Assembly (NCBI RefSeq): GCF_009914755.1
Contig: NC_060944.1
DNA length: 64,000 nucleotides
Strand: one strand, 5' to 3'
DNA from: the human T2T-CHM13v2.0 reference genome, Homo sapiens
The position numbers were made by a program, and so were the translations under genes. Under the pieces are notes generated by a model. That model saw only the letters and a list, made by a program, of their open reading frames with translations, had not been told where the DNA came from and did no database searches. How positions within the stretch are numbered: the stretch's first letter is position 1; every line of letters starts with the position of its first letter. This document shows positions 28,619 through 42,996 of the stretch, piece after piece.

Positions 28619-30133
28619 CTGGCCCGATGTACCAGTGTCATGGCTGATAAGATACTACCAGGGCACCCTCATTCTAGAATCAAGGCTGTGTGACAGCTCA
28701 TGTCACCTTCTGACTAACCCAGTGCTTCTGTGCTAAGGGCCCCCTTAAATCTCTACCTTCATTATGTGCTTGGCAAAAAGGAATGATATATCTTAGATTT
28801 GGAAATGGAATTTTCTTCCCCAATCTTACTGTAGTCTAAGTACCCTTCACAGACTTTCTATTAACACATAGCTTACTTAGCTTCAGTTCCTGAGTAAATC
28901 AAATCTGTGTTTTGCAAACTACGATGTTGTAAGTTCAATAGCTTCTGAATCTAGCAGAGCTCAGTGAAACTCTTTGCTTACAGACATGCTCATTTTTATT
29001 AATGTCACACATGGTATTCTCCATGTGAAAGACAGAATTTCTTTCATCCTATTTACCAATCCCTTCAGATCCTTGTGAGGAACCAACAGAACAGCTTTAA
29101 AAAATTAAAAGGGTTTTTTCTTTCCCTTCACAAATAGGCACATGCTTACTTATACGGCAAGTTTAGAAAATCCACAATGCAAAAGAAGGTGGAAGGACAA
29201 AGAGAAAAAGATGAAGAAGGACTTCCTCTTCCAGCCAAGATGGACTTGCCCTCCCACCATGACCAATGAGAAAACTGAAACTGGATAGAATATTTGAGAA
29301 AACTCTTTTCAGGGATTGGAACACAGGCAGAACAGGACTGTGATATTTGAGAACAGGAAAACACAGGAGGCAAATCTCACACACACTTCTGTTTTCTGCC
29401 CAATGGCAGTTTCTTGACCACACAGAGAGAGGTAGAGACTTCCAAAAATGAGGCAATGTCACTGTCACTAAGCTGAGAGTCTTGCAGTGCTAACATGTTT
29501 GGAGTTTATAGAATAAGGTACTGGAGAAGAGGGAACTACATACAGGTGAGGCCTCAAAAGAGAATGCAAAAGTTCTCTGCAGGTCTGGGGCCAAGGGCTG
29601 GGGGGAGTGCATACAGCAGGCAGGCTCCACAAGGCCTCTGCAGAGTGGCTGGCACTTCTGAGGGCTGACTGGAGATGCCAGAGATCACACAAATTTGGGA
29701 CATAGCAGAGTGGAGAGAACTCATCAAGTAAACCTAGAACATATGGCTGAGGCCCATGAGGATGAACATCTCCTAGAGTAAGAGTCACTGTCTAAGTCTG
29801 CAGGCAAAAATCTAATAAATAAGCACAAACTAACAAAGGCCCAGGCTTGACAGGAGCAAAAGGGTGGTCAAATAATTTAACTAGGCATCAAGACATTTAA
29901 CAGAAATAAAGGTTAAAATGTTATGAAAATGAAAGACTGAATTTATAAGGAAGACTTAACAATCCTAAGTGTGTACACATGACAGCTTCAAAATACTTTA
30001 AGCAAAAACTGCTCAAGTAGAGCTGGAGATTTTAACATAACTCTCAATACATTGTAGGATGAGTAAAAAATCAGTAAGGACACAGAAGATGTGCATAGCC
30101 ACAAGCTCCACCAGTTGATCTAACTGACATCTA

Positions 30134-30449
<316 letters not shown>

Positions 30450-30861
30450 CCCTGAACCAACATCTGCAGAATACACATTCTTGTCAAGTGTACATGGAAA
30501 TTCACTAAGAAAGTATGTTCTCCAACTATACTATAAATGAATTAGAAATCAGCAACAATAACATACTTATAATATCTCTATGTAGTAGAAATTAAAAAAC
30601 AATACACTTTTAAATAACTCAAGTGTCCATGAAAAGAAAACTCACAAGGAAAACTAGATGATATTTTGAATGGAATGAAAATGAAAGCAAAATGTGTTGA
30701 CTATAACTAAAACTAATGTGGAATGAAGAGATCTAACTCTCTTCTTAAGAAGCAATAAAACAAGAGCAAAGTAAACTGAAAATAAGTTAAAGGGAGGAAA
30801 ATAAAGACTGAAAATAAATGAAATAAAAAATGAAAAAAATAGAAAATAAGTAATACTGAAA

Positions 30862-31077
30862 CAGGCTTGTCCATCCTGAGGGCTGCATGTGGCCCAGGCC
30901 AGGTTTGAATGCAGCCCAACACAAATTCATAAACTTTCTTGAAACATTATGAGATTTTTTTCCTTTTTTTTTTTTTTTTGACTCATCAGCTTATCGTTAG
31001 TGTATTCTATGTGTGGCCCAAAACAATTCTTCTCCTTCCATTGTGGCCCAGGGAAGCTAAAAGATTGAATACCCCTG
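30862..31077. mobile_element. MER30 hAT-Charlie element with 8-bp TSD
   Basis: gaatgcagcccaacacaaattcataaactttctt...ggcccagggaagctaaaagattgaatacccctg; flanks tactgaaa / tactaaaa. Confidence 0.85.
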
Positions 31078-32899
31078 TACTAAAAGATCATTAATGATCT
31101 AAAATAAGTGATCTTATAAAGAATTGATAAACCTCCAGCTAGACTGACTGATCCAGGAAAAAACAGAAAAAACACAAATTACCAATATGAAGAGACTGCA
31201 ATACAGATTAGATTCTACAGACAGTAAAAGGATATTAAAGGAATATTCTGAAAAATTTTATGCCAATAAATCCAACAACTTGGATGAAATGAAATTTTCC
31301 TAAAAGACACAAATTACCAAAACTGACAACAGAAAAATCTGAAAATATCTCTTAAAAAATCTTAATTCTCCCACAAAAAACTAAAACCAAACCAAATAAA
31401 ACCCTCTAGGTTCAGATGATTTCACTGGTAAATCCTATCAAACATGTAAAGAAGAAATCATACCGATCTTACACAGCTATTTCCAAAAACAGGGAAGGAG
31501 ACAGCACTTCCCATCTAATTTTATGACACCCAATAAAACCTTGACACCAAAATCAAATAAAGACATTACAAGAAAAGGATACAAAGTCCAATATCTCCCA
31601 TCAACACCAATATAGAAATCTTAAAAAAAAAAAAAAAAGAAAAGAAAAAAAAACACCTAGAAATCAAATCTAGCAATATCCCAAAGGACAACACACCACA
31701 ACCAAGTGGGGTTTATCTCAGGGATGTAAAGTTAGTTTAAAAGTTGAAAATGAAACCAATGTAATTCATTGGCAGAATGAAGAAATTTGTATAATCATCT
31801 CAACAGATACAGAAAGAGACATTTGACAGCATTAAACATCGTTATGATAAAAACTGCCAAGAAACAAAGTTTAAAAGGAATGTCCTCATTTTGATAAAGG
31901 TTTTCTCTGCAGATCATACAGACATCATACCATATGGTGGACTACTGAAAGCTTTCTGCCTAAGCTTGGAAACAATGCAATTATGCCCATTCTCGTGACT
32001 TCTGTTCAACACTATGGAAGTCCTGGACAGTATAATAAACCAATAAAAAGCAAGACAAGACATAAGGATTAGAAAGAAAGAAGTAAAACGATAGTCACAG
32101 GAAACATAATTGCAAATTTCTTAGTTTTCTATATAAACAAACCACTAGAAGTAATAAGTGAAACAGACTTATCAGACTACAAAGTCACTATACAAAAATC
32201 AATTGTATATCTACATACTGACAACAAACAACTGGAAAATCAAGTTCAAAAGTTCTACTGATAGTAGTGTAAAATTATAAAATACTTAAGAATAAATTTT
32301 TAAACACGCATGCAAGACTGCTACATTGAAAATTATGAAATATTGAGGCCCAATATTAAGATGTTGATTCTCCCCCAAATGCTCTGGACTCAATACAATT
32401 CTCCGAGAAAATCCAACAGGCTTCACTGAAGAAATCAATAAACTAATAGTAAGTACAAAGTTGGAGGACACACACTACCTGATCTCAAGACTTCATGAAA
32501 TTATAACAATCAAGATAAATATGCCAAAAGAAAAACAGAAAATCGATAGAACAGAGTCCAGAAATAGACCAATACATAGAAAGTTAATTGACTTTTTATG
32601 AAGATACAAAACTGGATTAATGGAAAAAGGAAACACCAGTGGCGCTGGCACAAATGGCTATCAAGATGTTAAAAAAAAAAAAAAAAGGAAATCTTGGAAC
32701 CAAACTCACACCATGCCAAAAATTAATTTGAGATTAATGACAGATTTAATGTAAAAACTAAAACTATGATGCCTCTAAAAGACAATGTAGAATATTTTCC
32801 TGACTTTGGGGTAAGCAAAGATCTCTTAGATCAAAGAGATAAGGCAGTAACCATAAAAGAAAAAAAATAAACAAAGCTTTATAAACATTAAAAGCTTCT

Positions 32900-33205
<306 letters not shown>

Positions 33206-33968
33206 TTATATAGTTAAACATTCACCTATCCTTTGACACAGCAATTCCACATCTACATATCTACCCTAGATATTTACCCTAATTTTAGAATTGTTGATTT
33301 GCCATTTCAAAAGCAATGATTCTTCCAGAACATTAGCTTTACACCATTCCATATTTTATATATTTTTTAAGCTACCATAATTTATGAAGATTCAAAATGC
33401 AACTTGCCAAGTTTTAAAAGAGAAAAAAAAAGTATGGAAACAGCTAAACGGAAAACAGGCTGGTTAAGTGTGTTTGGGTCAGTTTATTTCCAGTATCATT
33501 TACAGGCTACCCTGATATTGTATTTAAAATTTTCATTCATTTCAGAGTTCACAAAATAATGATTTTTCCTGTGAAGATACTTTGTTTAAGAGACAACTGA
33601 CTTCTACAACTAAAATGTATACATGTTCAAAGAAAATAGCTTGTAAAATATATTTGGTTGAATAACATTTACATTAAGCCTTTAAAATTATGTATCAGAA
33701 TCTCCAGCTATTATTAAGCAGTCTAATGGTGCCTACTAAGTCAGAGAGTTGTAATTCTTCTCTCCTGTGCTCTGTTCTGATAATGAAGTAAAGGCATCAG
33801 TAGCATCTACTGTGCTAAAGAATAAATGGAATTTGCAACTGTAGGTAATATTTAAGCACTTTAAGACAAATATGAATACATCATAAATTTCTAACTAGGA
33901 AAATATTTTCAATGAGATCTCAAGAAATGTTAACTTTTTTCAGAATAAAGCACTGAAAACTGACTCAC

Positions 33969-34035
33969 CAACGTATCAAGCTGGGTTTCTTCATCTTCTC
34001 TTTTTCTCTTCTTATCTTTGCTCTTTTTCTTCTTA
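33969..34035 (-). pseudogene. FRG1: FRG1 pseudogene exon 2 (67 nt vs 71 expected; frameshift)
   Basis: KKKKSKDKKRKREDEETQLD then ACGTTG vs ATTGTTG: one codon plus 1 nt missing. AG and GTGAGT intact. Confidence 0.93.
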
Positions 34036-34409
34036 CTACAGGACATAATTTATATAGATGAGTTTAAGTATATTGATTTGTGTGATAAATCAATATCGTA
34101 AGATTGAAACTTGGAAGTCTTTTAAGTTGTTTCATTTATAAATTATTGATTTAGGAAGACTTACATTGCTATGCCCTCTTAAATACAGTACTGAGAATTT
34201 GCTTCAGGCTTTGTACATATTATGTTAAAGTTCAAAGCAGATTGTAGAGCCACACTGCCAGATTTTAAATCCTGATTCTGTCACTTCTTAGCTCTGTGAT
34301 TTTGGGAAAAGGTACTGAATCTCTCTGTGAGTCAGTTTCCCCACTTAAAAAATTAGGATAACAACTTAACTCTTAAGGCTATTGTGAGGATTAAGAGGTA
34401 ATATGTATC

Positions 34410-35025
34410 TTCACACATTGCTGGTGGAAATGTAAAATGGTGCAGCATCTACAGGAAACAGTTTGGCGTTCCTCAAAAAGTTAAAGAGTTACCATATGAC
34501 CCAGCAATTTTACTCCTAAGTATGTATACCCAAGGGAAATGAAAACATACACCCACAAAAACACTTACATAAGAATATTCACACTAGTATTAGTCACAAT
34601 AGTCAAAAAGGGGAAACAATCTAAATGTTCATCAACTGATGAATGGATGAACAAAATATTACATCCATACAATGGACTACTACGCAGCCATAAAAAGGAA
34701 CAAGTGCTACAAAACTGATGGACCTCAAGAATGTTATAAGTGAAAGAAGCCAGATACAAAAGGCCACATGTTGCATGATTTCTTAGGAAATATTCAGAAT
34801 AGGCAATTTCACATAGATAGCAGACTAGTGGTTGCCAAGGACTAGGAGAGGGGGAAGATGGGATGTGACTGCTTTAATGGTTAGGAAGAGATTTCCTTCT
34901 GAGATGATGAAAATGCTGAGCAACTAGACAGTGGTGAACCTCTTGAATATATAATAAAAACCACTGACTGTACAAAAGGGTGAATTTTATAATTATGAAT
35001 TACATCGCAATAAAAAAATAAAAAC
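34410..35025 (+). mobile_element. L1MB-like 3' fragment
   Basis: gttaccatatgacccagcaatt...aaatgttcatcaactgatgaatggat...gtggttgccaaggactagg. Confidence 0.8.
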
Positions 35026-35879
35026 CCAAGAGCAATTTGAAGAAAGTTAATGTGCAAAGTGCCTACAACAATTTCTTGGCGCATTGAAAGTGCTATATAA
35101 GCATTAATTATGATTATTACGATAATCTTAAGACACTCTTGTCTGCATTTTCATCATAAAGTTTTCAGAAGATAACTCACCACTCCTCACAGGCATTTCA
35201 CATAGTAAAAATCTCACATTCATTCAGGATATACCTGCCACTTATTCTGGCATCTTCATGAGGCCAGACTCCTCGAGAGGGTTCTCAAGGGCAGTGGCTT
35301 CAGCTCACTCCTTGATACTTTCTTTCCACCTCGCCTAACAATATCAAAACCCCTGTTTATCACGGAGGCCAGGAGGAAATGCTCAATATTTGTATGTACA
35401 GTCAACCTCAGGCAAATCTGCCAGTTAAAAAAGAAGCGGGGATATGAATGCACAGGTATTTTTCTCCTAAAGAGCTAATAAATTACCACTACGACCTCCT
35501 CCTCACATTTGGCTTAATTTATTTACTGCATGTATGTTCTCTCATTTAATCCTCACAGTATTCTAAAGGTATAAAAAATGGTCTAAAAGTTTAAATGTGT
35601 AAACGGAGGTTCAAAGATACTTGATCTCTTAATGAGTAAATGGAAGTTCAGACATATTAACCAATTTGCCACAAATTACAACATTAGTAAATGACAGAGT
35701 GCAGGTTCCAACCCATATCCCTATCAAAGCCCATATACACCTCAACCACTGTGTGATTCATCCCGGTTTCACTCTACATATTAGCTTAGAAAAAAATTAA
35801 TCAATAATTTTTCCAGGAAGAGACAATGGAGAAAAGAATAATCCCTAATAAAGGAAGTTATTATAATGAACTACAAGAT

Positions 35880-37275
35880 CAGACTAACGCAGACCCACCA
35901 GGCAGAGGCCTGGAGAGATGCCTCAGGGGACCCAAACTCGTGGGTACGGGGCCACGGGTCACCCGCCCGTCTATCCTGTTTCCAGGGTCGTCAGCACGGG
36001 AGGCTGCCCCTCTCTGCACAGGCGCCAGGAACCGCGGTCCGGCCTCCGTCCAGCACAGACAGGGTCAGAGCGAAGCCTGGGAGGCCACAAAGCCGGCTCT
36101 CTGCACCACGGCTTCCACCGGATTCGCGGGGGTGGAGTGCATCCGAAAAGAACTGAGGAGGCTCCCACCAGAGCTGCAGGACCCAGCTCTTCACCTCGGT
36201 TCCCTTGAGCACGAGCTTGCTAGACTTCACATAAGAGTACTAGGCCATGGCTCCGGGAGACTTCTGCGCGGACAGGCTGAAGCCGGCTCAGGACGAGTAT
36301 GTGACCTGGAGCAGCACCAGGGCAGGGAGGAACAGAAGTGGAGGCGAAGTAAACACTCCCTGACAGCCTACGTCTGTCCAGAACCCGCCTCCGTCTTCAC
36401 CCAAACGGTGAATGCCCGAGATTTCCACTTCCAGGTTTCTGCCGGGAGGGGGGGGGGGGCGGGGCGTGAGGAAGGAGCTACGGCGGCTGCAGAGGGCCGA
36501 AAGGTGTCCGCATGCATCTGCTCCCTGGCGCCCTCTCGAGGAGCCCCTGAGGATTCGTGCCTCCCAGAGGTGGGGAAAGCCCGCCCGAGGCGCAGGTGCT
36601 GACGGTGGCGGGGCTGCCGGGCGCGCTGTGGAACCTCCTCTCGCTAGAGATGCGGGCTGGCGACGGTCCCCGCGGGGGCGGGAAGCGGCTCAGGCTGCCC
36701 TCCCCGGCCTGCGGCGGCGCATCTTGAAGCGCGGGCCACTCCCGCGCAGGTCACTCAGGGCTGTGCCTCGCGCGACTGTGTGTGCAGGAAACAAACAGGA
36801 AATACCCTAAAATGGAATGAAGAGACATGTTGAGGCCCGCGGATGTCGCGAGTGCTGTGGGAATGTGGGCGGAGGTGGAGAGTTATGGTGGCGCGTGTTA
36901 CAGGCTCAGGGGTCAGGAAGAAGCCTAATCCTGGAGGCGGCATCTGAGGAGGGTCTTGAACGCTGGGCAGGCTTTTGCCCGATAGAGATGGAGGAAGCTA
37001 GTCCTGTCTGATGGAGGAAACAGGGCAGAGGCTTGGAGGGAGATGCGCAGTGCTGGTGTGAGGAGCCGCGAGCAGGCCAGGCCTGTAAAGCAGAGTGATG
37101 GGAACCAGGATAGAGAAGGCAAATCGGGGTCCTGCGGTCGCTGAAGAATTTGAATGAAATCATTAAACAGGTGAGAGGGATCCATCGCAAGAGCATGGGA
37201 TGAAACGAGGAGTAGTCCACGGTGATCCCTCCGCAGCGGTGGGTATTATTAATCGCACATGTGACACCAAAACGG
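35880..37275. promoter_or_regulatory. CpG island / probable bidirectional promoter of the FRG1 paralog
   Basis: GC- and CpG-rich segment in an AT-rich background, spanning exon 1; GC box and G12 run at 36444-36465. Confidence 0.85.
36187..36438 (-). pseudogene. FRG1: FRG1 pseudogene exon 1: ATG at 36248, TAG at codon 3, donor reads CT instead of GT
   Basis: ggagccATG GCC TAG TAC TCT TAT GTG AAG TCT AGC AAG CTC GTG CTC AAG GGA ACC GAG GTG AAG AG|ctgggt. 5' end approximate. Confidence 0.94.
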
Positions 37276-39902
37276 TGGGTATTATTGATAGCGTATGTGA
37301 CACCAAAACCACCCCACTCAAGCTGTGGCTCTTTCCCTAAAGTAGAAAACAGAGACCAGTTGGGTTCCAAGCATCCACAAAGATCTTATTAAATTCGTGA
37401 TCCCTGGTGGCACCATGGAGTCAGGATTGGCTCATTTCAAACCTGACTCAGAAATAAAACCATCTCAATGTGCGGAGATGAGCGTCCTTACCCGCTATCA
37501 TAACGTATTTTCTGGTGTTTTCACAGTGCTGCGCTTCCTAATCCCCATTCTAGGGCAATCCACATGCCATGATGCCCAGAGGCATTAACAAAGGAGACAC
37601 ACAGGGGCTCCTCACGTTGGCTTTCCATGGTTTTGATGAAAATCTCAGTTTCCTCATCTCATACAATGTGGTTCGTAATAGTATCATTTAGGGTTGAAGA
37701 ATTAAATGGTACAAATTATATAGAGTGCTTATTATAACCTACATGGAAAATGCCTAGGATATGTTAGCTATGCTCATCACCAACATCGTTATATGATGGT
37801 AATAATCAGATAGTCAGGAAGGCCGACACCAAGAAAATGGATACATGCTCTGAGGGAATGAATGTGGAGAGATCAGAAGGTCAAGAACAAAGCCGTACAA
37901 CATGTCTGCAGTAAAGGGATAGAGAAAAGAAAGGCTATAAAAGAAGGAATTAAACAGTTAGAGTAAAATTATAAAATCAAAGCTAAGGAGAATTTCCAGA
38001 AAGGGTAATATCATTTAATATCATAGAAGTTTAGGAGCACAAGATGGAAAAAGGCCTCTGGGTAACTGACATTGAGGCAGTCTTTAGGGAAGCTCCATTT
38101 CCGATAGAGAAGTAGACACAAAGTCAGCTTGAAGCAGGGACTAGGTGAAGAAGCTGTTGGCTGGTCGCATGGGGAAATAAATAAGGGATGGCATATGCCA
38201 TATTTCTGGATTTCTTTCTTGCCCAGCCTCTATATATGCATAGAGTTTGGCGAAAACTTACAAAAAATAAAAATGAAACCAATTTCGTTTGTTGACTGAA
38301 ATACAATGCTTCGTGTTAGAATCAAGATAAATTCATGCCTCTCCCTTCTATTGTCACCGTCAGTTTTGAAATTAAACATCAGCTTTTCTTCTTCATTAAA
38401 ATCATTTTCAACTCCTCCCAGGTGTTGGTGGTTTGGGGGAGTTACATAAGCAGTCAGGTCTTGATGAGTAGAGGAGGAGGGAACAAACACTTTCAGCAAA
38501 GGCAGAATTCTGAAATTCTGCTCGTATTTTTCTCCAGTAACTTTCCTATGTTTGTGAGGTTATTCAGTCATAAAGATCCTAGTGAAATTTTTTTCAAGCT
38601 TGACTAATCATAATCACTGTGGACGTTTGTTTAAAATGTGTATTCCCAGGCTTCTCACCTGCTGATTCTGATTCAGGAGATCACGGATGGGACTCAGAAT
38701 ACATGTGTTTGACAAGTACCACAAGTGTTTCTTATGGTCAGGCAAATTTTGGAATCTAACCAGAAATTTATGTTTTTATGACTGGCAGCTAGAAAAGATT
38801 CCTAGAGTCTTTGCTTTTTGAAAATAAAATATTTCTTTTTTAAAAGGAAAATTGTATGAATAGATACAACATTTATACATGTGGCACATGTACTATACTG
38901 TGTGCTTTTGTCATATTTACAGTTAAAGATGTGTAAGAACATTCTGAGAAAAATTATATATTAAATGCAAAGAGGGGTAAGTCAGGGTGGGGGAGAAATG
39001 GGAAGGGTGTGCTTATTGTTGCCAAAAGGTAGAAAAGCCAGAATGATAGCAACTAAGGTTGCAAATAGCACATTGTAAGTTGAGGGAGCTTCATAATCAT
39101 GTCTGAAACCTTTGATATACTGAGTTGTATACAGTGTCTTTGGACAAGATTTGAGGGAGAAACCAACTATGCTTTAAAGTGTTCATTTAAAAGGCTTTAA
39201 TTAAAGGAAAGTCTTTATATTTACTTGAGCTAACTTAACTTCAGGACTTTAACAAATTACTAGCCCTTAACCTCTTAAAAATTGTCTTTCATTTCAAATG
39301 AAAGTTTAAAGTGGCCTTTATGTTCGATTGGTATACTTGTGCGAAGACTTAACAGCAAGGTACTGTACATTTCTAAATGTTTACTTCTTAATTTTTCTGG
39401 AAGAAATATACTACTAAATTGATTATTTTTAAAGCAAAGTAAAACAATTTATTTTGACAAGCGACACTGTGTTTTCCCAGTTTTCTGGTAGCAAAGATTA
39501 GGCTTAACATCACTAATCATCAGAGAAATGCAGATCAAAACCAAAATGAGATACCATCCTACACCAGTCAGAATAGCTACTATTAAAAAATCAAAAAACA
39601 ACAGATCTTGGGAGGCTGTGGAGAAAAGGGAATATTTACACATAATTGGAGCGAATGTAAATTAGTTCAACCACTGTTGAAAGCAGTTTGGAAATTTCTC
39701 AGATAATTTAAAATAGAAATTCCTTTCAAGCCAATAATTCCATTACTGGTATATGACCCAAAGAAAGTCAGTTATTCTACCAAAAACACATACGCACTTG
39801 CATGTTCATCGCAGCACTATTCACAATAGCAAAGACATGGAGTCAGCCTAGGTGCCCATCAACAGTGGATTGGATCAATAAAATGTGGTACATCCACATT
39901 AG

Positions 39903-40311
39903 TATTATTAGGCCATTCTTGCATTGCTATGAAGAAATACCTGAGACTGGGTAATTTATAAGGAAAAGAGGTTTAATTGGCTCATAGCTCTGCAGGCTGT
40001 ACAGGAAGCATGGTGACAGCATCTGCATGGTGCCTGTGTAGTCTCCAGGGAGCTTTTACTCATGATGGAAGGCCAAGAGGGAGTAAGTACATCACATGGC
40101 CAGAGCAGTAGCAAGAGAGAATGGGAGTGGGGGTAAGTACCACACACCCTTAAACAACCAGATCTTGAAAGAATTCACTATCACAAGGACAGCATCAGGC
40201 CATGAGAGATCCACCCCCATGACCCAAACACCTCCTACCAGGCCCCACCTCCAACACTGAGGATTACATTTCACCATGAGATTTATAGGGGCCACCTTCC
40301 AAACCATTTCA
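39903..40311 (-). mobile_element. MSTA-like solo LTR
   Basis: ggccattcttgcattgctatgaagaaatacctgagactgggtaatttata...ttccaaaccat. Confidence 0.85.
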
Positions 40312-40569
40312 CACACCATGGAATACTATGCAGCCATAAAAATAACAAAATCATGTCCTTTGAAGCAACATGGATGCAGCTGAAGGCCATTATCCTAAGT
40401 AAATTAATGCAGGAATACAAAACGAAATACCACATGATCTCACTTATAAGTGGGAGCTAAACACTGGGTACTCATGGACATAAAGATGGACAGAATAAAC
40501 ACCAGGACTACTAGAGGGGAGAAGGAGGAAGGCAAGGTTTGACAAACTAACTATTGGGTACTATGCTCA

Positions 40570-40951
40570 TGTATTAATCTGTTCTCACACTGCTATATAG
40601 AACTACCTGAGGCTGGGTAATTTATAAAGAAAAGAGGTTTAACTGACTCACAGTTCCACAGGCTGTACAGGAAGCATGGCTGGGAGGCTTCAGGAAACTT
40701 ATAATCATGGCAGAAGGTGAAGTGGGAAGCAAGGCACGTTCTACCATGGTGGCAGGAGAGCAAGTGAGCCAGGGGGGATGTGCCATATGTTTAAACCATC
40801 AGATCTCATGAGAACTCACTTACCATCTAAGAACAGCAAGGGGGAAATCTGCCCTCATGAGCTAATCACCTCCCACCAGGTCATTCCCCCTACATTGGGA
40901 ATTACAATTCAACATGAGATTTTTGTGGGGACACAGAGTCAAACCATACCA
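40570..40951 (-). mobile_element. MST/THE1-like solo LTR
   Basis: tgtattaatctgttctcacactgct...catgagatttttgtggggacacagagtcaaaccata. Confidence 0.85.
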
Positions 40952-42224
40952 AATCAGCATCTGGATGATGGGATCATTCATACCCCAAAACTCAGCAATA
41001 TGAGATATACCCATGTAACAAACTGGCACACGTACCCCTGAATGTAAAATACAAGTTAAAATTATTTTCAAAATAAATTAATGAATAAATAAATATGATT
41101 AAATGAAATTAAAATTTTGAATTAAAAAAATTTGAGAGTGATTTCAGCTTGACAGTTATGTAAGTTATGTACATTGAAACACTGAGTTCTGTAGGGTTCG
41201 GATCAATTGCACTATCTCTACTAAGTTGATGACCAGTTATTTGGATGAAAAGAAAAGAGGAGAAACATATAGATCTAACAGGAAAAAAATGGACCAGTTT
41301 TTATGATAGCAAAAAGAAGAATGGAGGAAACAGGACTGAGGTTATAGTGATTGATAGATATTAATAGATGACTAAGTCAAAAGCCACTGGTTGCAGAAAA
41401 TATTGATTAATTTTGTTTTATTCCAGTCAGACAAAAAAATCCTATAACCTGCCTCTAGAGAAAACCCTTTTAGCCCTGTAATTATCTTTATTCCAACACC
41501 ATTCCGTTCATTAAGTATAGGGTGATTAATAAGTGAATTATTCACAGAATTAAGACAGAATTTTTGAGTATTTCAGGATATTAATAGTATAGTCAATGAA
41601 CTAAAATAAAATTTGACTAGAGGTGTGATCACCATGAATGCCATGTTGGTCTCTTGTTAGATTTGGCAACCTAAAGTTGACAAATTTATTAATAAAATAA
41701 ACGTTCCTTGATGATTAATTTACATTTAGTAGACATGCTCTTTCTTCTTCCTTCCCTTTCTTATTCATTCATTCATTCATTCCTACAGAGCAGTGACTTT
41801 CATTCTAAGATTCCCAGAATCCTAAGGAATTCTTAAATGTCATCATAGGGAGCCAGGTGTGAGGATTCCCAAAAGTTGTATTTAATACTTGAAGAATCTC
41901 GAAAAGTTATATATTTACACCAGAAAAAACTATACAGGTTTTAAGTTATATACATATAGTTGAATACTTCTTATTTCTATCCAGAACTAAGTCATTAGAG
42001 TTAATAATGTTGATTATTTCATACTGACATAATGGGTAGCCTTTATATATCATTGATTACTTATTAGTAAAATAAGAACCCCCCCAAAATTACAAAATAA
42101 ATATATTTTTAGGGTTTTTCTTAAGGCTTTTGAAACATAAAATCAGAGGAGAGGATTAAAAGTAATCCTTGATTGTTAAAAAGGCAGGGAACTACTAACT
42201 TAGAAAATTGCATGAAAACAGCAA

Positions 42225-42445
42225 GATATATACATGGCCCTCAGACCAGCTGCCTGTTTTAATAAAGTTTTATTGGAGCACATCCATGGATCTATGGTGC
42301 TTTCCTGCTACAATGGTAGAGTTGAATGGTTGCTATAGAGACCGTATGGTTTGCAAAGCCTAAAATATTTTTCATTTTAGGTCCTTCTTTTTTTCATTTA
42401 GGACCACATTTTCTGGTCCTTTATAGCAAAAGTGAACCCAGTTTT
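42225..42445. mobile_element. MER58A-like hAT remnant
   Basis: aataaagttttattggagcaca...gcaaagcctaaaatattt. Confidence 0.65.
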
Positions 42446-42721
42446 AGAACATTAACTTTACAAATTAAGATACAGTGGATGCTGCCTTAACTGACCTCCA
42501 CTTAACTGATTTACAATCAGCACTTTCTTGTACCCGTGTACAACTTATTGACTGATGTCCACTGCAAACTGAAAGCCTTTGAGCTGCTTTTAATGCCTGT
42601 ACATTTCTCCTTCCATCACAGAAATTGTATATTTTCTAAGAGGAAGCTGTGTTCATTCCTAAATATGTTTACGCCATTTGTTCTTGTTCTTGTAGTTATG
42701 CAATTTAATTAAATATGATGT

Positions 42722-42996
42722 TGAGAGGCTGAGACGGGCGGATCACTAGGTCAGGAGATCGAGCCATCCTGGCTAACTCGGTGAAACCCCGTCTCTACTG
42801 AAAATACAAAAAAATTAGCTGTGCGTGGTGGCGGGTGCCTGTACTCCCAGCTTCTGGGGAGGTTGAGGCAGGAGAATGGCATGAACCCGGGAGGCGGAGC
42901 TTGCAGTGAGCAAAGATCGCACTACTGCACTCCAGCCTGGGTGACAGAGCGAGACTCCGTCTCAAAATAAATAAATAAATAAATAAATAAATAAAT
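42722..42996 (+). mobile_element. 5'-truncated AluY with (AAAT)n tail
   Basis: ggtcaggagatcgag...ccatcctggctaac...ggagcttgcagtgag. Confidence 0.92.

Larger units (their letters stand above)
39505..41100 (+). mobile_element. L1PA/PB 3' fragment hosting two MaLR LTR insertions
   Basis: aacatcactaatcatcagagaaatgcagatcaaaacc...cacttataagtgggagctaa...cccatgtaacaaac; contiguous across the LTRs. Confidence 0.88.

Noticed and set aside
35826-36602. 258-aa + strand ORF (same length as FRG1)
   Set aside because: Antisense to exon 1 across a GC-rich island with no resemblance to FRG1 or any protein I recognise; the length match is coincidental.
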